Both the position numbers and the translations under genes were made by a program. A DNA stretch of 64,000 bases from an uncultured bacterium (GTDB lineage Bacteria; Verrucomicrobiota; Verrucomicrobiia; Verrucomicrobiales; DEV007). Where the stretch lies: contig CAXBMO010000007.1 of the NCBI GenBank assembly GCA_963977015.1, forward strand, positions 32,001 through 96,000. Direction: 5' to 3'. The notes below the pieces were generated by a model. It saw only the letters and a program-made list of their open reading frames with translations, made no database searches and was not told the origin of the DNA. Below, in pieces: positions 58,418-64,000 of the stretch. Numbering within the stretch: the stretch's first letter is position 1; the number at the start of each line of letters is the position of its first letter.

Positions 58418-60319
58418 CTACTTCCCAAAGAACCGCTCTACAAGCTTTTGGTCCGGTGTGCTATCCCGCAGACTCACCAAAACCACCGCCAAAAACGCAG
58501 TGAACATCGAGTAGATGAAGGGATGCAAATCAAAGGGAGCATATTCCTGAAACGTCCCATATTTCACCGCACCGATGAGATAGAAGAGTAGAATCGTTGC
58601 TCCTCCCGTAATCATCCCGGCAACAGCACCGCGGCTTGTCATGCGTGGCCAATAGAGCGCAAGGACCATCGGCACCAGAAAGCAGGCGCCCAAACCGGCT
58701 GACGCAAAGACAATCAGCGTCTGGAGAAAATTGGGAGGATTCAGGACCGCAATCACGCCAGCCACGCCCAACAGAATCGTTACCCAGTGGGTCAATCGTT
58801 TGATCTGCTTTTCCGAGGCATTCAGATTGATATTCTGTTGATAGATATCGCGAACCACTCCGGACGAAACCAGCAGCAGAAAGCTATCCACACTCGACAT
58901 GATCGCCGCGAACGGAGCCGCAACGAGAAGGCCGGCTAACCAGGGAACTCCGGCGTTCTCCGTAAGTGCGGCGGCCATCTCCGGCATAATTCGATCCGGC
59001 GCGATTTCCCACCCCGGCAACAACACGCGTGCCGTCGTAAAAATCACAACAAGGGGTAGGTAGATGATCAAAAAGAACACCGCGACAAAAATGATCGCCC
59101 GTCTCAAAACCACGGAATCACGGAAGGCCATTTGCCGAACCATATAGCTGGGTTGGCCAGCGCCGCTAAAGTTCCAGAACGCAAAGAAACTCAATGCGAG
59201 GAAGACGGGCAGAAAGCCACCGACCTTGGTCGGATGCGGTCCAGGGGGCATCAGGTAAACTCCGGGCTGCTCAGCTCCATAAGCATAAGACTGAGACTCC
59301 AGAACTGTCGCAGCGACGCCTTTCACCGCGCCATAGCTCATCGCTTCGATCTCCTCCGCGGTCGTCAGCTTCAATGCGTCAACGTTCTCGCTCTTAGTTT
59401 CTCCAGCCGGAATCTCGGCGAACGATTTCAACCGAACCAATCCACCATCGTTGGTTCTGATCCAGTCCCCTTTCGCGGCCTCAAATCGCGTCTCCATTGG
59501 AGTTTCAAGTTCCAAGCTCACGACGACTGTTTCCGGCGGAGTCATCGCGGCCAACTGCTCGGTCGCTCGGCTCAATCCTCCCACCTGATGAATCGCCAGA
59601 ACGAGCATGATGACGACACCAACCGCCATGACGAGCCCCTGCATTACATCCGTCCACACCACCGCGCGAAATCCCCCATAGGCCGTATAAACCACCACCG
59701 AAATCGTGAAGAGGATCAGGCAAACCACATAGGATCCCTCGGCGGCCCCCACCCACAGCCAACCTTCCGTTGCCAACTCAAATCCCCTGGCCAACCCATC
59801 GAACGCCGGATTTCCCTCCAACAAGGTCGCCATGATCTGAGCGCCGGCTTTGAATTGAGCCAGGAGGTAGAAGAACATGAAGAAAACCAGGATGATCGTG
59901 GCGGTGTTCCCCACAGCCGGACTGGAAAATCGCTTTCTCAGGAGTTCCGGAACGGTGATCGCCTGAGCGATCCGCCCGACCTGATTGATTCGCTTGGCGA
60001 ACAACGCCAACGCCACCAAGGGGCAAGCCATATACCCGCAAATCCACCACGCCAAGGACCAGCCATGCGTATAGATCAGCGCCGGAAAGCCCATAAAGCT
60101 TCCTCCTGAAGCGACCGTTGCTCCATAAGTCAGCGCAAATGCCCAGAGCCCAATACTGCGACCGCCCAGGAAATACTCGCTGAGAAACTCGCGCCCCTGT
60201 TGCGCACGATTCGCGAAATAGGCAAGCGCGAACACCATCAGCAAGTATACGACAAACGTCACCAACGCTGACGTCGAGGCAGCCGACGTTGCGGCCAGGA
60301 AGCCTTCCACCACCATCAT
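58418..60319 (-). CDS. Sodium:solute symporter (PanF-like)
   Basis: EYFLGGR, SGGSFMGFP, GGFRAVVWTD..QG, AAIMSSVDS.LL. Confidence 0.92.
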   Translation of the reverse strand: MMVVEGFLAATSAASTSALVTFVVYLLMVFALAYFANRAQQGREFLSEYFLGGRSIGLWAFALTYGATVASGGSFMGFPALIYTHGWSLAWWICGYMACPLVALALFAKRINQVGRIAQAITVPELLRKRFSSPAVGNTATIILVFFMFFYLLAQFKAGAQIMATLLEGNPAFDGLARGFELATEGWLWVGAAEGSYVVCLILFTISVVVYTAYGGFRAVVWTDVMQGLVMAVGVVIMLVLAIHQVGGLSRATEQLAAMTPPETVVVSLELETPMETRFEAAKGDWIRTNDGGLVRLKSFAEIPAGETKSENVDALKLTTAEEIEAMSYGAVKGVAATVLESQSYAYGAEQPGVYLMPPGPHPTKVGGFLPVFLALSFFAFWNFSGAGQPSYMVRQMAFRDSVVLRRAIIFVAVFFLIIYLPLVVIFTTARVLLPGWEIAPDRIMPEMAAALTENAGVPWLAGLLVAAPFAAIMSSVDSFLLLVSSGVVRDIYQQNINLNASEKQIKRLTHWVTILLGVAGVIAVLNPPNFLQTLIVFASAGLGACFLVPMVLALYWPRMTSRGAVAGMITGGATILLFYLIGAVKYGTFQEYAPFDLHPFIYSMFTAFLAVVLVSLRDSTPDQKLVERFFGK

Positions 60320-60627
60320 GAATCCGTTCCCTCCTCACCATCACCTGGCCCCAAATTCGTATCCTTCATGAATCGGGAGGCAAACCAGAAGATAAAGGCC
60401 AACGCGCCAAACCACGGAAGCACGATTCCGAAGGCAGCCCATCGCGGAATTCCCAACACGGTCGGCATGGGATTCGCCTCGCTGACTTCATTGGGAGTGA
60501 GCACCGCGCAGGAAATCCCCGTCCAGAGCAGGAAGAAAACCCACGCTCCCAGAATCACCCACATCTCGCGTTTCGACTGACGAAACGATTCTCCCAACTC
60601 GACTGCGTTGTCCGCTGGGGAACTCAT
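60316..60627 (-). CDS. YhdT/DUF997 family small membrane protein
   Basis: FRQSKRE, two TMs, LGIPRW, FMKD; typical partner upstream of panF-like genes. Confidence 0.85.
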   Translation of the reverse strand: MSSPADNAVELGESFRQSKREMWVILGAWVFFLLWTGISCAVLTPNEVSEANPMPTVLGIPRWAAFGIVLPWFGALAFIFWFASRFMKDTNLGPGDGEEGTDS

Positions 60628-61487
60628 GATCGACTGCGCTTGGGAGGAGCTTTTTCCCCTTCGTTGGCGACCTGAACATCCAGCTCAGGCCGCTGTTTTT
60701 TGATCGACGCCACCAGCGGCGTGACATCCGGTGGTCCCCTGCGGGCATCCACGAGAAGCGCTTCCAACGAGGAGATCCCGGCGATCGCGACCATGTGATC
60801 CGGCCCCAAAGACTGTACGTTTTCAAGGCTCAACACTTTCAACGGCAGCGATTGAAGCTTGGCCAATCCATCGGGAGTGATCGAGGTTTCGAATCCGCGC
60901 GGCGCCTGGAAATCCAGCTTCAAATCCTCCAACTTGGGAAACTGTTCGGCAAGGTGCGCCAAATGCGCATCGTTGGGCGTTTTGGGAGAGTGATACAGAT
61001 TCAGCTTGGTGAGGTTCGGTAGATCGGTGAGCGTCAGCACCGCATCATGGTTCTTCTCCGGGCTTTCCTGATTGAGGTTGCGGAGGCCCATACACCCGCC
61101 AACCGTTAGACTCGAGATCTGCAGACCGGAGAACGGCTTCAATGAGCTGATCGTCTTGCAATGCCAAATGGTGAGGGCCTGGAGATTCGGCAGTTTCTTC
61201 AAAAACCCCCATTCGTCATCTTTCACGTCTGGCGCGTTGAGGGCAATTTGCTCCAGAGATTGAAGATGCCCAATCAGCTGCAGTTCCTGAGTGGTCAGCG
61301 CCGGTTTCCCTCCATAAAACAGCTTGGTGACAGTGCCGCCTTTGTCTTTCGAAAGCCTTACTCCGGCTTTCTCAAAGTGGGCAAGGGTTTCCGCGGCATA
61401 GGTCGGCAGCTCCGCTCTGGACGTCAGCGCAACGAAAGCCGAGAGCATCGTAGCGAGAAAGAATCGGGGTAAGTTCATAAACGGCAT
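60624..61487 (-). CDS. Secreted leucine-rich repeat protein
   Basis: Signal peptide; LxxLxxLxL repeats (LKKLPNLQALTI, LPNLTKLNL, FPKLEDLKL). Confidence 0.8.
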   Translation of the reverse strand: MPFMNLPRFFLATMLSAFVALTSRAELPTYAAETLAHFEKAGVRLSKDKGGTVTKLFYGGKPALTTQELQLIGHLQSLEQIALNAPDVKDDEWGFLKKLPNLQALTIWHCKTISSLKPFSGLQISSLTVGGCMGLRNLNQESPEKNHDAVLTLTDLPNLTKLNLYHSPKTPNDAHLAHLAEQFPKLEDLKLDFQAPRGFETSITPDGLAKLQSLPLKVLSLENVQSLGPDHMVAIAGISSLEALLVDARRGPPDVTPLVASIKKQRPELDVQVANEGEKAPPKRSRS

Positions 61488-61649
61488 CGGAAGTTCCCCT
61501 TAGCCTTTTCGGGAAACCTCCCCATGTCGAGACCCAATGTGGATCGACGCCAAAAGAAGTCTCCCCGCTCTATCATACGCTTCATCCGTTGTCTGCATCG
61601 CACCAGCATTGTAGGTTGGATCCCCAATCGTCCCCCTCCCTTTTGGAGC

Positions 61650-64000
61650 TCATTCGCTCAGTTGATTTTCGTACCAAACCACGTTCTGGCTGTTTTGGCC
61701 GGCGACGAGCAGGTCAAAGTCTCCGTCACCGTCCATATCGACCGACCGAATGTCATAAGCCATTTGGTCGTCGTCGATGTCATGCGCGGTGAAGTTGCCT
61801 TTGCCGTCGTTTTCGAACCAGACCGTGCGCTTGTCGTCCTTCGCGGTGGTCGCGGCGTCGATGTCACCGTCGCCGTCGAGGTCGTTCACGGTTAGGCAAT
61901 GGGCACCGCTGAGCAAATTGTCGATCCGGTGGAGCTCAAACTTCTTCTCGCCCTGGTTTTCGAACCACAGAATCCCCGCATCGTGTCCCCGCGTGGCGAA
62001 AACGTCCAGGTCACCGTCGCCATCCAGGTCGGCGGGCATCGCGCAGGTCGCCGCGGTTTCTTCGATTGCCAAAACGTGCTTCTTCCAGGTCTCCTCACCG
62101 GTGTTTTCCCACCACGCGAACCAGTTTCCGTTCAAAAACGGCTTCCCCTTCGCGCCTGCGGTAATGTCGTTGTCGCCATCGCCATCCAAATCGCCAATGC
62201 CCATGTAGTGACTACCGCCACCGGCGTCGCCCTTCGCAAAAATGTGGCGCTTCCACTCGGCATCAACATCGCTCGGAGTTTCGTACCACATGATGGAGTC
62301 ACCGACCGGGCTGTTGGGATTAAACTCGTTCGCGATCAGGTCGATTTTGCCGTCCTGATTCACGTCCGCCTCGAGGACGTGGTGCACACCGGTGATGTCG
62401 CCGTCGACCACGCGGTAGGTCCAGTCGCCTTTCTCAGCTTCGGCGCCACCGGGATTTTCGAGCCAGAAGACGTGCCGGTCCCCGCCGATGAAATCCGGGT
62501 CACCATCGCCATCCACATCCAGGTTGGTGCTGTGGATTCCGCCTTTTTTTGCGTAAAGCTCCACGTAACGCCAATCCGGCGCCAACACCATCGCGGACGG
62601 CCCTCCAGATTTGCTGAAGGCGATGTCCATCTTGCCATCGCCATTGAAATCGCCCGCACTAGCGCCGTTCACTCCCCGGCCTTTCCAGACGACGTGCTTT
62701 TTCCAGCCGCCCGCGAGTTTTGGCTTCGATCCCAGGGTCGATTTGTTCCAATAAATCCTGACATTCTTGGTCCAGCGTCCCGCTGCGATGATGTCGAGCT
62801 TTCCGTCGCCATCGAGATCGGCGATTTTCAGATCTTCGGTTGCCATGCCGCCTTCGTCGATCCAGTGACCTTCCCAAGACTTGTCGGACTTGTTCCAGAC
62901 ATAGAGTTTGACCCCGATATTGTCCTGCTCTTTCGGCGTCCCGCGCCACCCGGCCACCACTTGTTGGCGGTCGAGCCCGAGAAGATCGGCGCAGGCCAAC
63001 GCGTGGCCTTGGACAAGGGTGTCGTCGAGGACGGTGCGGCGCCAGACTTGAGCGTAAGCTGGGCTTTCCTCATTCACCGTTGCCCAATTCTCAGGGTCGA
63101 GCGTTGCATAGCCAACTTGGCGTTCTGAAATCGCGTTCACATTGGTCGCGGGGTCCAAGGACCGGGAAAACGCCAGGTTCCGGGCTTCGTCCTGACTTCG
63201 AAACTTGGTCGCAATTTCCTTTACTGGCTCATAAATCACCAACTCCGTCCCATGCAATGGCTCGATCGTTGCGTAGTGCTTCAGCCAACTCCCGCGGAAG
63301 GTGTAATCCGGCCCAAACCGCGCTTCTCCGACTCCATCCGAACCTCCAAACTGGCCCGAATCAACGATGAGTTCATTTCCACTACGTCCTCCGGCCAACA
63401 TGAGACCTTCCTTCCCGCCGATCAGCATCTCCTCGCCGCCATTCATCTTCCGCGCGATGTCGAAATTGTGAGTCTGATGAAGCGAATCATCGATCACGCT
63501 CGATTTCCAATTCTCCGCCTTGGTTGGGTCCTTGGGAAATTGATACGCGACGACCCGCACGCCGTTTTCGCCTTCGCCTTTGACGTTCCCGCGTCCATGC
63601 AAGGGCAACATCACCAGTTCCCAGCGATTCTTCGGACTCCGGCGCCAATGCATCCGGTGCACCGTCGGCTCGTGCGGCAAATCGACCACCGTCCAACGCT
63701 GAGTCCGGTCCTTCGGCGCAACGAGATAGTGCACCGAGCCGCTCGTTTTCTCGTCGCTCGTTTCACCCGGATTCCAATTCGCGCCAACCGCGATCTCACA
63801 CTTCCCGTCGCCATCAAGATCGCGCGCCGCGACGCAGACATTATCGCGCGGGGCGGTCAGTTTGCTCGCGATGACGTGTTTCTTCCAGGTCGGATTCTGA
63901 TACCAGACCACGTCCGATTTGTCGGCCAGGACGATGTCGTCTTTCCCGTCCCCATCGACGTCGGCAATGGCCAATCCGTATCCAACTTCAATCTCCGAAT
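61650..64000 (-). CDS. FG-GAP/VCBS repeat protein, two beta-propeller modules (5' end beyond the window)
   Basis: Many DxDGDGxxD..WYEN repeats; the frame stays open to 64000. Confidence 0.9.
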   Translation of the reverse strand, partial: SEIEVGYGLAIADVDGDGKDDIVLADKSDVVWYQNPTWKKHVIASKLTAPRDNVCVAARDLDGDGKCEIAVGANWNPGETSDEKTSGSVHYLVAPKDRTQRWTVVDLPHEPTVHRMHWRRSPKNRWELVMLPLHGRGNVKGEGENGVRVVAYQFPKDPTKAENWKSSVIDDSLHQTHNFDIARKMNGGEEMLIGGKEGLMLAGGRSGNELIVDSGQFGGSDGVGEARFGPDYTFRGSWLKHYATIEPLHGTELVIYEPVKEIATKFRSQDEARNLAFSRSLDPATNVNAISERQVGYATLDPENWATVNEESPAYAQVWRRTVLDDTLVQGHALACADLLGLDRQQVVAGWRGTPKEQDNIGVKLYVWNKSDKSWEGHWIDEGGMATEDLKIADLDGDGKLDIIAAGRWTKNVRIYWNKSTLGSKPKLAGGWKKHVVWKGRGVNGASAGDFNGDGKMDIAFSKSGGPSAMVLAPDWRYVELYAKKGGIHSTNLDVDGDGDPDFIGGDRHVFWLENPGGAEAEKGDWTYRVVDGDITGVHHVLEADVNQDGKIDLIANEFNPNSPVGDSIMWYETPSDVDAEWKRHIFAKGDAGGGSHYMGIGDLDGDGDNDITAGAKGKPFLNGNWFAWWENTGEETWKKHVLAIEETAATCAMPADLDGDGDLDVFATRGHDAGILWFENQGEKKFELHRIDNLLSGAHCLTVNDLDGDGDIDAATTAKDDKRTVWFENDGKGNFTAHDIDDDQMAYDIRSVDMDGDGDFDLLVAGQNSQNVVWYENQLSE

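Noticed and set aside
61650-64000. Recurring GCCGTC/GCCATC-type DNA repeats as a CRISPR or tandem array
   Set aside because: They encode DxDGDG protein repeats; no constant repeat-spacer periodicity and no cas genes.

Overview
Gene-dense bacterial chromosomal window of about 55% GC (estimated by eye). The gene content suggests Verrucomicrobiota/PVC: planctomycete-type cytochrome c, an ECF sigma/FecR-LamG pair, DUF1080, a PQQ-like propeller, FG-GAP proteins and several FHA proteins. This placement is an inference. About 55 CDSs were called, mostly housekeeping: lptD (partial), trxB, rlmB, infA, sufT, recR, a ClpX-like ATPase, dus, monomeric icd, argB-argD-argF, dnaX-ybaB, purA and an addB-like nuclease. 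No rRNA, tRNA, CRISPR array or mobile element was recognised. Main leads: (1) a 72-aa gene between dnaX and ybaB that copies the tau C-terminal motif and also carries a beta-clamp-binding-like hexapeptide; (2) an A9/A-AAA-AAG slippery site in dnaX followed by stops in both shifted frames; (3) a ~1330-aa FHA-coiled-coil-GrpE-like fusion; (4) a split HTTM/vitamin-K-carboxylase-like gene pair behind a Tyr/Glu-rich secreted protein; (5) several apparent pseudoenzymes (Cys-less thioredoxin, Cys-less FGE, degenerate nucleotide cyclase). All family assignments come from motif recognition by eye; no database search was run.
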